A stretch of 63,626 bases of DNA, the filler included, from Candidatus Nanoarchaeia archaeon (lineage in GTDB: Archaea; Nanobdellota; Nanobdellia; Woesearchaeales; DATDTY01): the NCBI GenBank assembly GCA_035290625.1. It is 5 parts of 5 records of this genome, joined end to end, with 100 filler letters (N's around TTAATTAATTAA, not from the genome) between each part and the next. Parts side by side here need not be neighbours in the genome. Positions count along the whole stretch, not along the records: positions 35,583 to 48,158 come from DATDTY010000023.1; positions 48,259 to 61,259 come from DATDTY010000026.1; 3 more parts are not named here. One strand, given 5' to 3'. A program made the position numbers and the translations under genes. The notes beneath the pieces were generated by a model, which did not search any database, was not told the DNA's origin, and saw only the letters and a list, made by a program, of their open reading frames with translations. Within the stretch, counting starts at the first letter, position 1. Each line of letters starts with the position of its first letter. Below are positions 46,901 through 56,367 of this stretch, piece by piece.

Positions 46901-48158
46901 GAAGCCCGTTGAATTCAAGCAATATAACAATAATTATTCCCTTAAGCCAATCTGCGCCAATACTCAACTCAACAGACACTTCTACAAACAACACCAACCA
47001 GAATTTAACCTGCTTTAACCAGTCCACAAAATCTGGTTATGGATACAACGTTACAAACGTCTTCACTTGGTATAAGAACGGAGTGCTGAATGCAAGCCAG
47101 AGAATAATGAACGGAACTGCCTTAGACAACAACCTTGTTGTCTGGCTGCCGTTTGATAATGATTATTATGATTATGCAGGCCCAAATGATGGAAACGTGA
47201 CTGGAACTCCACTTATCAATAGAAGCTCAGGTGGATTTAAGATTGGAGGCGGAGCAGCCCAGTTCAATGGAAGCGGTAATCTTGCTGCTGCTGATTTCCT
47301 GACATTAAACACAACAAGCACAGAAACATTCAATTCTTCAAATAGGACCATTATTGCGTGGTTCAGAAAAGCTAACGCTTACGCTCTCCTTAGTGACGCG
47401 ATTGCTGGGAGAGGCGATTCGGGAAGCGGTTGGGATTTCCATCTGCAGGTGATTAGGTCGAATCTTGCAGATAACCGTGCAGACAAGATTGGATATACAC
47501 AGTATAACTGCTCAGCAAGCGCAACACTCTTAAACTCTACTACGCGCATCCAGGACACGAATTGGCATCATGTTGCTGCGATTAGGTATAGCAATGATAC
47601 ACTAGCCCTATATCTGGATGGGGTATTTGAAAATTCTACAGTCAGTTTAGTGAAATATTGCAGCAACTCATCAAGCGATTTTAGAGTTGGATATCATAAC
47701 ACAGTTACAATGAACGGCTCCATAGACGAGTTCAAAGTCTACAACCGCTCTCTTACAGAAGCCGAGATTTACCAGGATTATATTACAGGCGTAGGCAATC
47801 ATACAGATTCCTTGGCAACAATGCTGTCTAATTTCACAAAAACAGCCGATACATGGACTTGTGAAGTCACTCCTGTTGATTATGTTAACTTAGGAACTCC
47901 GCTGAATTCAAGCATTATAACAATCGGAGGCGGGGCCATTTACCCAAAATGGTCTGTCCAGAACGTTTCAGGAAACAACATTGCTTCTATTGACAACGCA
48001 GGCAACATGTTTATTGTAGGGACAAAGACAGAGAATATCAATGCAGGCTTCTCCACCTATAATAACACCTTTGTCATCATAAACTCCTCAGGAACCGCCT
48101 CAACAATCATCAACCAATCCGGCTTATATCTTGCAGACACCGTAGCAGAAAATATCGC
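40996..48158 (+). CDS. Giant surface glycoprotein with three LamG (laminin G3) modules; 3' partial; hosts nested antisense TA operons
   Basis: RBS GGAGGA and ATGA coupling; N-terminal TM; LamG motifs LVAWWPFD, SVEAWV, WYHLVG, FNGIIDDVRIY; many NxS/T sequons; frame open to the contig end. Confidence 0.85.
42696..43106 (-). CDS. PIN toxin (PIN_2-like VapC), nested cassette 1
   Basis: VVDCNCLFS, E, DPDDVEYFALALKLKSPIWSNDKRL. Confidence 0.88.
   Translation of the reverse strand: MEFVVDCNCLFSAFRKFSLTRSLLFNPRLKLSSPRFALRELTKYRHVVMSKAKIDIGEFGLIERLLSTEVTFIPVTEFKEFLKEAASLCPDPDDVEYFALALKLKSPIWSNDKRLKKQFGVKVYTTSEVASLAGAI
43107..43349 (-). CDS. RHH-type antitoxin, nested cassette 1
   Basis: MPNITLSIPDALKKQM..PEVNWSE; RBS GAGGAG; stop TAA directly followed by toxin GTG. 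Confidence 0.85.
   Translation of the reverse strand: MPNITLSIPDALKKQMDKLPEVNWSEATRGFLSEKVKRALVLKKMDDWLKDSTLTEEDCIRLGRKAKEGRSEELKKQGLV
43394..43408 (-). promoter_or_regulatory. BRE/TATA promoter of cassette 1
   Basis: Minus strand CAAAACC-TTTATATA about 45 bp upstream of ATG 43349. Confidence 0.7.
43467..43877 (-). CDS. PIN toxin (PIN_2-like VapC), nested cassette 2
   Basis: VVDANIVLS, E, KDAPYLALALKLNCPFWSYEK. Confidence 0.88.
   Translation of the reverse strand: MLLVVDANIVLSSLIAGRLEHIIFSPKLDLVSPDLMFAEIRRHKAEALSKSKLSGLEFDLLMALLEIKIKSVLSEEFISSLPKAEALLGEHKKDAPYLALALKLNCPFWSYEKRFKKIGKIESLTTADVRSRLYDP
43878..44123 (-). CDS. RHH-type antitoxin, nested cassette 2
   Basis: MPTLTLAIPEDLKQEM..PEINWSEIAR; RBS GGAGGA (true start probably 44117); stop TGA directly followed by toxin GTG. 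Confidence 0.85.
   Translation of the reverse strand: MPMPTLTLAIPEDLKQEMDSLPEINWSEIARKAISEKAAEFAVFKSIVAKSKLSENGALELGKKVNEGLYKKYKKKFEELK
44171..44186 (-). promoter_or_regulatory. BRE/TATA promoter of cassette 2
   Basis: Minus strand CCAAAAGA-TTTATATA about 50 bp upstream of the antitoxin start. Confidence 0.7.
45028..47920 (+). repeat. Three ~950-bp LamG units with near-identical DNA borders
   Basis: CTCAACTCAACAGACACTTCTACAAA(C/T)AACACCAACCAGAA at 45052, 46015, 46963; DTWTCEVTP.DY..LG.PLNSS closes each unit. Confidence 0.85.
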
Positions 48159-48258
48159 NNNNNNNNNNNNNNNNNNNNNNNNNNNNNNNNNNNNNNNNNN
48201 NNTTAATTAATTAANNNNNNNNNNNNNNNNNNNNNNNNNNNNNNNNNNNNNNNNNNNN
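48159..48258. other. Artificial contig linker
   Basis: N-run with TTAATTAATTAA. Confidence 0.97.
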
Positions 48259-48971
48259 GTCAGCTCAAAGAAATCCTTGACAGAGTCAATGCTGGCATGC
48301 TGTTTTCCTTGCTTCTGGCGCTCTGCCTGGTGCAGGACAAGCCCGAATCCAGCTGAGCTGTCGGAGAAAGCAGGGCAAAATATAGGGACCTTATGCTCAT
48401 AGGCAACCTGGACTAAAGAATCCTTCTTTTTGGCGTGCTGCTTTAGATATCTTCCCATCTCAGCGATAATCTCACGGGAAGAATAGGGCTTCGGCTCAAG
48501 GCCATCAGCAATCTTCTTTATTGTTGAATCGCAGGCCTGCAATTGCTCTTCATCAATGTAAGTGTCATAGATGCGGTCGATGTAGAGGCTTCGCAGTATC
48601 GTATCGTCAGTGTGGCTTGTTCCCCTGTAATGCCGGAACCCGAGCGCCTCAAAAAAATCCATATCCACGATGCTCGCGCCTGTCGCCACAATCGCATCAA
48701 CCATGTTGTATCTGACCATGTCCGCGTAAATCTTCATGCACCCTGCGGCACTCGTGCTTCCTGCGAGGGTGAGGATGATTGTGCATTCGGGGTCGTTCAG
48801 CATCATATTCAGAATCTCAGCCGCCCTTGCTGTCTCCCGTGAGGTGAAAGACATTTTTCCCATCGCATTGATGATGGGCGTTGCATCGAACGAAGTGATA
48901 TCGATATGCTCAACGGGAGTTCTGAGAATGTCTCTTTTTTGAACACTCCTTTCAGCAGTTTTTTGCCCCAT
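48259..48971 (-). CDS. Deoxyhypusine synthase-like protein, bacterial-type clade (3' partial)
   Basis: LTLAGSTSAAG, IVATGA, DMDFFEALG, IDRIYDTY, FCPAFSDSSAG. Confidence 0.85.
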
Positions 48972-49010
48972 AGCTTTGGAGGAATTTTTCCTGAATTTAA
49001 AGTTTTGCTT

Positions 49011-49180
49011 TTTGGGTTGCCGCCAATACTCAAAAATGTTTCGCATTTTTGGTCGCTCCTTCGGAGCAGCTCGGCTCTGGCTGTTTTCAGCAAAGAGCGG
49101 CACCTCGCCCGTAAGGGACAACCCCCTCCGCTGCGCTTCCTTGGCTTGATCGATCCTCGCAAAAATGGCGGCAACCCAAA
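49011..49180. mobile_element. MITE-like element family B
   Basis: Perfect 15-bp IR TTTGGGTTGCCGCCA; possible 4-bp TSD GCTT; core CCCGTAAGGGACAACCCCCT. Confidence 0.7.
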
Positions 49181-49224
49181 GCTTCCAGGAAACCTTTATA
49201 TATCATCATCCCTTCCATCGTTTC

Positions 49225-50223
49225 ATGAAAAGCTCTCGCATCGACAGCCAGAATATGTACGAAGTTCTGAAGGATTTTCCCAAGCAGATCGAACAGGCCT
49301 ATGCCCTGGGCAAAGACATTATTCCGAAGCCGTTTGACCGGATTATCGTTGCAGGAATGGGAGGCTCAGCTCTTCCTGGCGGCATTCTTCAGGCCCTGCA
49401 TCCAGCGCTTCCAATCACCCTAAGCAGAGGATACACTCTCCCTCCTTATGCTAACAAGAACACCCTGGTGTTTGTTATCTCGCATTCAGGAAACACTGAA
49501 GAGACCCTTGCCAGCCTCAGCGACGGGCTGAGCAAAGGCTGCCAGAATATCATCATAACCTCAGGAGGGGCGCTGCAGAAAATCGCCAAAGAGAAAAAAC
49601 TTCCGCTTGTCCTTGTTCCCTCAGGCGGCCAGCCAAGGATGTCCTATGGCTATCTCTTCTTCCCCATCTTGAGAATCTTGGAGAACGCAAAAAAGATCCC
49701 TGATCAGGAGCAGGCTGTTGAGGAATCCATTGCAGTTCTTTCTGATCCAGCACTTGAGGATAACGGCAAGCGGATTGCCGAGAAGCTGAAAGATAAGATC
49801 CCTCTGATCTATTCCTCTGATTCCATGGCAATTGCTTCCTATAAATGGAAGATCAACTTTAATGAGAATACTAAGATTCTCGCGTTCTCAAATGTGCTTC
49901 CTGAGATGAATCACAATGAGATCAATGGGTTCAGCCACGCTGTTGGAGAGTACGTTGCGGTCATGCTCACCGATGATGAGGATCATGAGCGTGACAAGAA
50001 TCATGAGCGTATCGGGAAGCGCATGGCAATCACCAAAGGGCTTATTGGGAAGGCAGGGTTCAGCGCAGAGATCGTATCAAGCCGTGGAAAAAGCCTTATG
50101 GCAAGGCTATTCTCACTCATCATTATGGGAGACTGGGCTTCGTACTTACTAAGCCTTGCCTATGGACGAGACCCCTCGCCTGTTCCTGTGATTGAGGATC
50201 TCAAGAAGCAGCTGAGACAGTAA
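49225..50223 (+). CDS. Bifunctional phosphoglucose/phosphomannose isomerase
   Basis: AGMGGSALPG, ISHSGNTEET, QPR, NENTK, PEMNHNEI. Confidence 0.93.
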   Translation: MKSSRIDSQNMYEVLKDFPKQIEQAYALGKDIIPKPFDRIIVAGMGGSALPGGILQALHPALPITLSRGYTLPPYANKNTLVFVISHSGNTEETLASLSDGLSKGCQNIIITSGGALQKIAKEKKLPLVLVPSGGQPRMSYGYLFFPILRILENAKKIPDQEQAVEESIAVLSDPALEDNGKRIAEKLKDKIPLIYSSDSMAIASYKWKINFNENTKILAFSNVLPEMNHNEINGFSHAVGEYVAVMLTDDEDHERDKNHERIGKRMAITKGLIGKAGFSAEIVSSRGKSLMARLFSLIIMGDWASYLLSLAYGRDPSPVPVIEDLKKQLRQ

Positions 50224-50244
50224 GCCCACGGAGTACTAAGTACT

Positions 50245-52647
50245 ATGATCATACAATCCGTACGTCTTCATAACATTCGGAGCTATGTGGATGAGCGGAT
50301 CAGCTTCCCTGCAGGCTCCTGCCTTCTCTCAGGGGACATTGGATCCGGAAAGAGCACAATCCTCCTTGCCCTCGAATTCAGCCTGTTTGGAGCAAAGCGC
50401 GGCTCAGGGGAGCTGCTCCTCCGGCATGGAGCAAGGGAAGGAAGCGTCGATGCATCGCTGTTGATTGATGCTAAGAATGTCCATATCAAGCGAAGCCTCA
50501 GGCGGATGCAGGATGGGGTGAAGCAGGATTCAGGCTATATCATTGTTGATGGAATGAAAAAAGAGGGCACTCCTGTGGAGCTGAAGGCTGAGGTGCTTTC
50601 CCTCCTTGGGTATCCAAAAGACATGATAAGCAAGAGCAAGGATACTATATACCGCTTCACTGTCTATACTCCTCAGGAGGAGATGAATGCTATCCTTGCT
50701 GATGAAAGCGAGGCCAGGCTGGAGACCTTGCGCAGAGTATTTGGAATAGACAGGTACAAGGCCATAGCACTCAATGCAGGGATTGTGCTGCGGCATGTCA
50801 AGGACCAGCGTAAGTTCCTCATGAAGGATGCTGGTCTTGGAGAGCTGATACAGCGGAAGTCAGAGCTGCTGGGAGAAATTGAACAGTTCTCCCAGAAAGC
50901 CGCAGAGTTAGATTCTCAGGTGAAGACCGTTAAGGCCATGCTGATGGGATGCAGGCAGGAAGAAACGAAGATAAGCCACGAACTCCAGCAGTTTCTTTTC
51001 CTGCAGAAAACGCACGAGTTACGGCAAGCTGAGCTTAGCCACAAGACGCAGCTGCGTGATGAGGCTCTGCTGGAACTCAATCGCCTTGGCTCAGAAACAG
51101 AGGCCATTCAAAAGCAAATCGCCGCCTTGCCTTCAGAAGATGTCCAGGCAGCACGGCAGCAGAAAGAGGCTGAGGTTCTGCAGTTTCGTGAAAAGAAGGC
51201 CAGGCTTGAAGAACAGGGGAGTCAGCTGCAGGCGAGGCTGGCCAGCCTGGAGCCTGGCAGCATTGCGCCTCCAGACCTCTCCATCCTCCAGGAAATGCAG
51301 AGGTCGCTTGGAGCTAAAACCTCAATGCGAAGAGGCTACGAGAGTGAGTTGAGAGAGGCCCAAAAAGGCCTTAGGGAGATCCAGAACTCTATCGCTGAGG
51401 CCTCCATCCAAGAGAAAAATGCAAGAGAGACCCTGGACATAAAGTTAATGAGCACCTGCCCCCTCTGCAGGCAAGCCATATCCCACCAGCACAAGGAGAA
51501 TGTAGCAGACAAGGCTAGGAGTGAGATTGCAGAGGCCCAGAAACAGCTTGAGGAGCTCCGTAAAAAGGAAAACCTTATCATGGCAAGGGCCAGCTCTGCA
51601 GAGATGCTTGTTCGGGAGGCGCTCAGTGCAGGCCGTGAGCACGAGCAGGTGAGCGAGCGCCTGAAGTCAGCTCAGGCTTTGCTGGACCAGATCTCCCTCC
51701 GTCAGGCAGAATCTGCCAAAGTCGCAAGCCAGCTTACCAGCATCGTTGAGCAGCTGGAGAAACTGCCAAGTCTTGAGCCTTTAGAGCATGAGCTTGCTGA
51801 TCTTCGGCAAAAGGAGCGGGCATATGCATTGAGATCCCAATACCATCTCCTCGTTGCTGAAAAAGCCAAGCGGATGCAGCAAGTAACCCTTCGTTCCGCT
51901 GAAGTCCAGGACTCTGTCCAAAAACTCAGCAGCGAACTGCTTGACCTGAAGGAAAAGCTGAACCTCCTTGGAGGCATTCAGCAGAAGTCAGAGGACGTGA
52001 AGAAAAAGATTGAGGAGCTGCGCCAGACAGAAAAGAGGCTCGAGCTTGAGCAGCAAGGCTACCAGCACCAGAAGGCATCAAGCGAAAGGCTGTTGGGGCT
52101 GGTGGAGAAGGACATTGCAGCCAGGATGGCGGCTCAGGCCAAGGCAGAGAAGCTTGGAAGAGCCCAGGAATGGGCAGAGAAAACATTCCTTCCCCTGATG
52201 CAGTCGATGGAGAAGCATGTCCTCCTTTCTATCTATGCTGAGTTCAACCGCTTTTTCCAGGACTGGTTTGCCACCTTGATCGAGGACGACCGCCTGAGCG
52301 TGCGCCTGGATGACAGTTTCTCCCCCGTCATTGAACAGAATGGCTTTGAAACAACCTTTGACCATCTCAGCGGAGGCGAGAAGACGAGCTGCAGCCTGGC
52401 CTATCGGCTGAGCCTCAACAAGGTAATCAACGACATGATTGGCGGAATCAAGACAAAAGACATCATCATCCTTGACGAGCCGACCGACGGCTTCAGCGCA
52501 GAGCAGCTCGACAGGGTCAGGGATGTCCTGGACCAGATCGGAGTGAAGCAGGTCATCCTGGTAAGCCATGAGTCAAAGATTGAGAGCTTTGTCGAACACA
52601 TTGTCCGGATCGAGAAGGAAGAGCATGTCAGCAGGGTCAGTGCATGA
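50245..52647 (+). CDS. rad50: Rad50/SbcC-type SMC ATPase
   Basis: Walker A GDIGSGKS, zinc hook CPLC, signature LSGGE, Walker B ILDEPT. Confidence 0.88.
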   Translation: MIIQSVRLHNIRSYVDERISFPAGSCLLSGDIGSGKSTILLALEFSLFGAKRGSGELLLRHGAREGSVDASLLIDAKNVHIKRSLRRMQDGVKQDSGYIIVDGMKKEGTPVELKAEVLSLLGYPKDMISKSKDTIYRFTVYTPQEEMNAILADESEARLETLRRVFGIDRYKAIALNAGIVLRHVKDQRKFLMKDAGLGELIQRKSELLGEIEQFSQKAAELDSQVKTVKAMLMGCRQEETKISHELQQFLFLQKTHELRQAELSHKTQLRDEALLELNRLGSETEAIQKQIAALPSEDVQAARQQKEAEVLQFREKKARLEEQGSQLQARLASLEPGSIAPPDLSILQEMQRSLGAKTSMRRGYESELREAQKGLREIQNSIAEASIQEKNARETLDIKLMSTCPLCRQAISHQHKENVADKARSEIAEAQKQLEELRKKENLIMARASSAEMLVREALSAGREHEQVSERLKSAQALLDQISLRQAESAKVASQLTSIVEQLEKLPSLEPLEHELADLRQKERAYALRSQYHLLVAEKAKRMQQVTLRSAEVQDSVQKLSSELLDLKEKLNLLGGIQQKSEDVKKKIEELRQTEKRLELEQQGYQHQKASSERLLGLVEKDIAARMAAQAKAEKLGRAQEWAEKTFLPLMQSMEKHVLLSIYAEFNRFFQDWFATLIEDDRLSVRLDDSFSPVIEQNGFETTFDHLSGGEKTSCSLAYRLSLNKVINDMIGGIKTKDIIILDEPTDGFSAEQLDRVRDVLDQIGVKQVILVSHESKIESFVEHIVRIEKEEHVSRVSA

Positions 52648-52728
52648 CGCTGTATCTCCATCCTTTTCCCACTCCCCACACGACACCCTCCCGTGAGATA
52701 TTTAAAGCAGTAACGCACGTTTCTTGGT

Positions 52729-53499
52729 ATGCTTGAGTCCAGCTTCATCATCCTTGAGGGAATAAGCTATCGCAAGGAACAGAGGCTCTGGGAGCAGGGC
52801 ATCCGGAGCTGGAACGATTTTATTGCTGCAGATGCAATTCCAGGCATCTCCTCCAGGTCAAAATCCTTCTATAACCGCAAGCTTGCAGAGGCAAAGCAGC
52901 AGCTGGCAGCAGAAAATGCAGGATACTTCTGTGATATCCTGCCATCAAGCCAGGCATGGAGGCTCTATGAACGCTTCAAAGATGACGCTGTCTTTCTCGA
53001 TATCGAGACAACCGGACTCTCAAGGCAGGATATGCTTACGGTGGTTGGTCTTTATGACGGATGGAGCACAAAGACCATGATTAGCCAGATCAACCTCAAT
53101 ATCCCCCGCCTGAAGCAAACGCTTTCTAGGTATAAATTGCTTGTCACCTTTAATGGATCAAGCTTTGATCTCCCTTTTTTGAGGAAGAGATACCCTGGCC
53201 TGATCCCGCATATCCCTCATCTCGACATCAGGACTGCCAGCAGGATTGCAGGCCTTGATGGGGGCTTAAAGGCAATAGAGAAGATCTTTGGCCTTGCGAG
53301 GAGGAAGGTCATTGAGGACTTTCATGGAGGCGATGCAGTCCTCCTCTGGAGGATGTACAAGGCAACCGGAGATGATTACTACCTCAATCTCCTGGTAGAA
53401 TATAATGAAGAGGATGTGGTTAACCTCAAGTATATTGCTGATGCAGTTGTCAGTTCGCTGAAATGTCAAGTTTATAAACCGCTTGCCATAAACCCTTAG
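52729..53499 (+). CDS. YprB-like RNase H-fold exonuclease
   Basis: FLDIETTG, TFNGSSFDLP, GGLKAIE, YNEEDV. Confidence 0.88.
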   Translation: MLESSFIILEGISYRKEQRLWEQGIRSWNDFIAADAIPGISSRSKSFYNRKLAEAKQQLAAENAGYFCDILPSSQAWRLYERFKDDAVFLDIETTGLSRQDMLTVVGLYDGWSTKTMISQINLNIPRLKQTLSRYKLLVTFNGSSFDLPFLRKRYPGLIPHIPHLDIRTASRIAGLDGGLKAIEKIFGLARRKVIEDFHGGDAVLLWRMYKATGDDYYLNLLVEYNEEDVVNLKYIADAVVSSLKCQVYKPLAINP

Positions 53500-53500
53500 T

Positions 53501-54301
53501 ATGAGAATGGCAAAGCTTCAGGAATGCCTGAAATCAGAAACCTACAGCATCCCCCTTCCTCTCTCAAAGAAAGCCACTGTCGTTGTTTTGCAAACTTCCG
53601 AAAGGAAAACCATCAGCCTTGTCTTTGGGAAGGGCCCATCCCTTATCCTGGATATAACTCCTGGGTATCATACCCGGGGCAGGACGCTTAGCAGCCTCGA
53701 ATCCTGCACGAATGGCATTCATGATGGCTATGCTGGTTCAGCCGATATGCTTCCGAAATTATCCGTTTCTAAGATTGGAGGTTCAAAGGATGAAGGACCA
53801 GCCATGATCCTTCAGCAAATTGCTTATTTGCAGCAGCTGTATGGCTCGCTATCGCCAGAAATCCAGGACAGCATCAAATACCATCTCCATGATGCCTCCG
53901 AACAAACAACTGCGCATATGCGCAAGTTCTATGATCTTTCTCAAACATGCCAGCCGGGCTTGGGATTATCACTTCCTATCTTGCCTTCATACAGAAAATC
54001 TCTTCGGAACAGTCTGGATACTATTCTTAGCATGGCTTTGGGATGGGAGCTCCTGAAAGAACTGAGCAAAAAGCAGGCGGAATATCTTATGGATGGCGCA
54101 ATGTATCTCTATCGGACTGCCAAAACTCCTTTTGCGAAGAATAATTCCCAAAAGGTTAACTCGCTGGTCCCTTTCTATTCTGGCATCGAGGACATTGCAC
54201 ATGATCTCCTGCAGAAGATTGATGCCCCTGTGTGTGTTGCAGTCCAGCACTTGCCCAAATATGGCGGCATTAAGAAAGAGGCCTTCAGAAGGATCCTCTA
54301 A
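53501..54301 (+). CDS. Hypothetical protein
   Basis: 266-aa ORF with upstream TTTATAAA; no recognised motif. Confidence 0.55.
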   Translation: MRMAKLQECLKSETYSIPLPLSKKATVVVLQTSERKTISLVFGKGPSLILDITPGYHTRGRTLSSLESCTNGIHDGYAGSADMLPKLSVSKIGGSKDEGPAMILQQIAYLQQLYGSLSPEIQDSIKYHLHDASEQTTAHMRKFYDLSQTCQPGLGLSLPILPSYRKSLRNSLDTILSMALGWELLKELSKKQAEYLMDGAMYLYRTAKTPFAKNNSQKVNSLVPFYSGIEDIAHDLLQKIDAPVCVAVQHLPKYGGIKKEAFRRIL

Positions 54302-54306
54302 GGCAG

Positions 54307-54468
54307 GGCTCCGGTGAAAATCAGTGCTGCCGCCTCTCTGCGAGGCTCTTAAGGATTGCCATAGACTGAGTTGAGGGGGTTGGCCCCTTCGGGGCTTCAA
54401 CGATACATACAGAAGGACAGCGCAAGCCGAGCCGGCGGCAGCTGCGAAGCAAGATTTTCACCGTAGCT
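54307..54468. mobile_element. MITE-like element family C
   Basis: IR GCT(C/A)CGGTGAAAATC; direct repeat TAAGGCAG at 54299 and 54470. Confidence 0.75.
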
Positions 54469-55068
54469 TTAAGGCAGGTACTGAAGGTTCATGATGACAA
54501 GCCCGACAATCAGGCTAGCAGCATATGCTGGCTTGCTCCAAGCAAGAACCTTTTTCCCATCTAAGCCTAAAATCGGGATCATATTAAATATGCCAAGCCA
54601 TGAATTGATAATGTAGCCGTAAAAAGAGATCCCAGGAAAGGCATTTGCCCTGAACATCGCAAAAAATACAAGGCTCAGGCCAAAATTAATGACCGGGCCT
54701 GCAAGGCTTATGATTCCATTTCTTCTCGTTCCGACAGGGCCGGAAATGAAGACAGCGCCAGGCGCAGCAAAGATGACTTTGAAAACAATTGCAAGGATAA
54801 TCGCAAGGTAGATCATCGGCTTGAACGCATGGAACTCTGCGCTGCAGCCATAGTATTGCGCAACAGCCTTATGGCCAAGCTCATGGAGCAAAAACCCAAT
54901 GCCGACAGTCAGGCCTGCAACCCCAAACGCCGCAAAAAATCCAGTCGAAAGCTCAGGTGCAATAAGAAAGCTGAAGGCCAGCGTGATGCCAAACCAGGCA
55001 AAGGCTATATCTTTGAGTTCTGTTTTCGAAGTTGTGAAGAATCCTTGCTTGGTTATGGGGTGGAGCAT
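54469..55068 (-). CDS. M50 family (site-2) zinc metalloprotease
   Basis: HELGH, LAGP, FNMIP..LDG. Confidence 0.88.
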   Translation of the reverse strand: MLHPITKQGFFTTSKTELKDIAFAWFGITLAFSFLIAPELSTGFFAAFGVAGLTVGIGFLLHELGHKAVAQYYGCSAEFHAFKPMIYLAIILAIVFKVIFAAPGAVFISGPVGTRRNGIISLAGPVINFGLSLVFFAMFRANAFPGISFYGYIINSWLGIFNMIPILGLDGKKVLAWSKPAYAASLIVGLVIMNLQYLP

Positions 55069-55168
55069 TATCCCTTGACTTCTTCCTTTGTTTATAACCC
55101 TTTCTAGGCACTTCATTTTCTCGCATCACTTTGATAACTATCACTCTGAATTTACTTCTCAGAACCCT

Positions 55169-55732
55169 CTACCTCACAAAAATAAAATACTTCTCAGACC
55201 CCGAAAGCTCCCGCAGGATCCTCCTGATGATTGCCTTTTTAGGGTCCGGCATCAGCTTTACTCTTGCCTTCAGGTCGTCAAAGTTCGCAAATGGCTTTGC
55301 CTCCCTTGCATCGATGATCTCCCACATATGCTTCTTCCCAAGCCCGGGAATGAGCTCAAGCTGGTGCATTCTCGTGCTTAAAGGCTGCGCCTTATTGAAG
55401 AAATCTACGAACTTCTCCTGGTCCTTATCAACAATGTCCTTTATGACGAACTCAAGCTCCTGCCTGGCTGTAGGCGTGAGCTTATGCATCGGGAGCTTCC
55501 CCACAATATGGTGGATCTGTTCCCGTTTCCCCTCTCCGATATAGATCTCATTGCCTGGCGAGAGCTGGACCTCTCTTTTCGCAACAAGCTCAAGAAGCGC
55601 ATAGTACTCTTTCCCAATGGCTTGGACAATAGGCATTTTCCTGGCTCCAGGCCTGTCCTCGAATGGATATCCATTCGGAAGGAAGTCAAGCACGATGGCC
55701 TTCTCTTCCCTGCGCGGTTTCTCTTCTTCCAT
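55169..55732 (-). CDS. DUF655 putative nucleic-acid-binding protein
   Basis: VLDFLPNG, HQLELIPGLGKK, RRILREL; usual rpl21e-rpo4 operon position. Confidence 0.9.
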   Translation of the reverse strand: MEEEKPRREEKAIVLDFLPNGYPFEDRPGARKMPIVQAIGKEYYALLELVAKREVQLSPGNEIYIGEGKREQIHHIVGKLPMHKLTPTARQELEFVIKDIVDKDQEKFVDFFNKAQPLSTRMHQLELIPGLGKKHMWEIIDAREAKPFANFDDLKARVKLMPDPKKAIIRRILRELSGSEKYFIFVR

Positions 55733-55744
55733 AGCTCCTGTTCG

Positions 55745-56077
55745 TTAGTTTGAAATGACATCGACAATCTTCTTCACGTTTTCATTGCTTACTGATATAA
55801 TGTATCCCTGCAGGATGAGCCGAACCTCTTCAGGCGTCTTCGGAGCAAGCTCCGCAATCTTGATGATGTGGTTCTCCTTGAGCCTGGGAATGTCTAGCTT
55901 CATGAGCTTTTGTACCGTATCTGTCATCTTCTTTGTATCATGGATATGGATCTGCTCAAGGTACTCAACGGTTTTTGCAGCCCTGTATCCAAGATCCTCC
56001 TTCTTGACCTTCTCGAGACCCTCCTTCACCTCTGCCATGGTGATTGGAGCCTCAGACACCACTTCCGGATTTGCCAT
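55745..56077 (-). CDS. rpoF: RNA polymerase subunit Rpo4 (F)
   Basis: PITMAEVK, KIAELAPKTPEEVRLI; gene context. Confidence 0.88.
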   Translation of the reverse strand: MANPEVVSEAPITMAEVKEGLEKVKKEDLGYRAAKTVEYLEQIHIHDTKKMTDTVQKLMKLDIPRLKENHIIKIAELAPKTPEEVRLILQGYIISVSNENVKKIVDVISN

Positions 56078-56367
56078 TATGCCCTCCTCAAATGAACAGG
56101 ATGAGTTCTGATGATCTTGCTTTTGTTCTGGTCCATAATGCTCACTTCATAGTTTTTTCCTGCCTTTCGTATGATTGTCCCAATCTTGCCATAGAAGCGC
56201 AGCCTGAACATGCCTTTCTGGAACGAAGGCTCCGCCTTCAATGCAACATGCTCTCCCGGCTTGAACTCCTGCAAAAAGTTGTGGATTCTGAACTTTCCTC
56301 TGTCTCTTAGATTCTTCTTGAGCTTATTTCGAGACTTCCTTCTTGCGCCGCCTATTCTCATTACCAT
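56077..56367 (-). CDS. rpl21e: 50S ribosomal protein eL21
   Basis: RKSRNKL, PSFQKGM..RFYGKIG, HPVHL. Confidence 0.93.
   Translation of the reverse strand: MVMRIGGARRKSRNKLKKNLRDRGKFRIHNFLQEFKPGEHVALKAEPSFQKGMFRLRFYGKIGTIIRKAGKNYEVSIMDQNKSKIIRTHPVHLRRA

Noticed and set aside
45028..47920. Possible diversity-generating retroelement TR/VR pair
   Set aside because: Repeats are all in-frame domain borders, mismatches are not adenine-specific, and no reverse transcriptase is in the window
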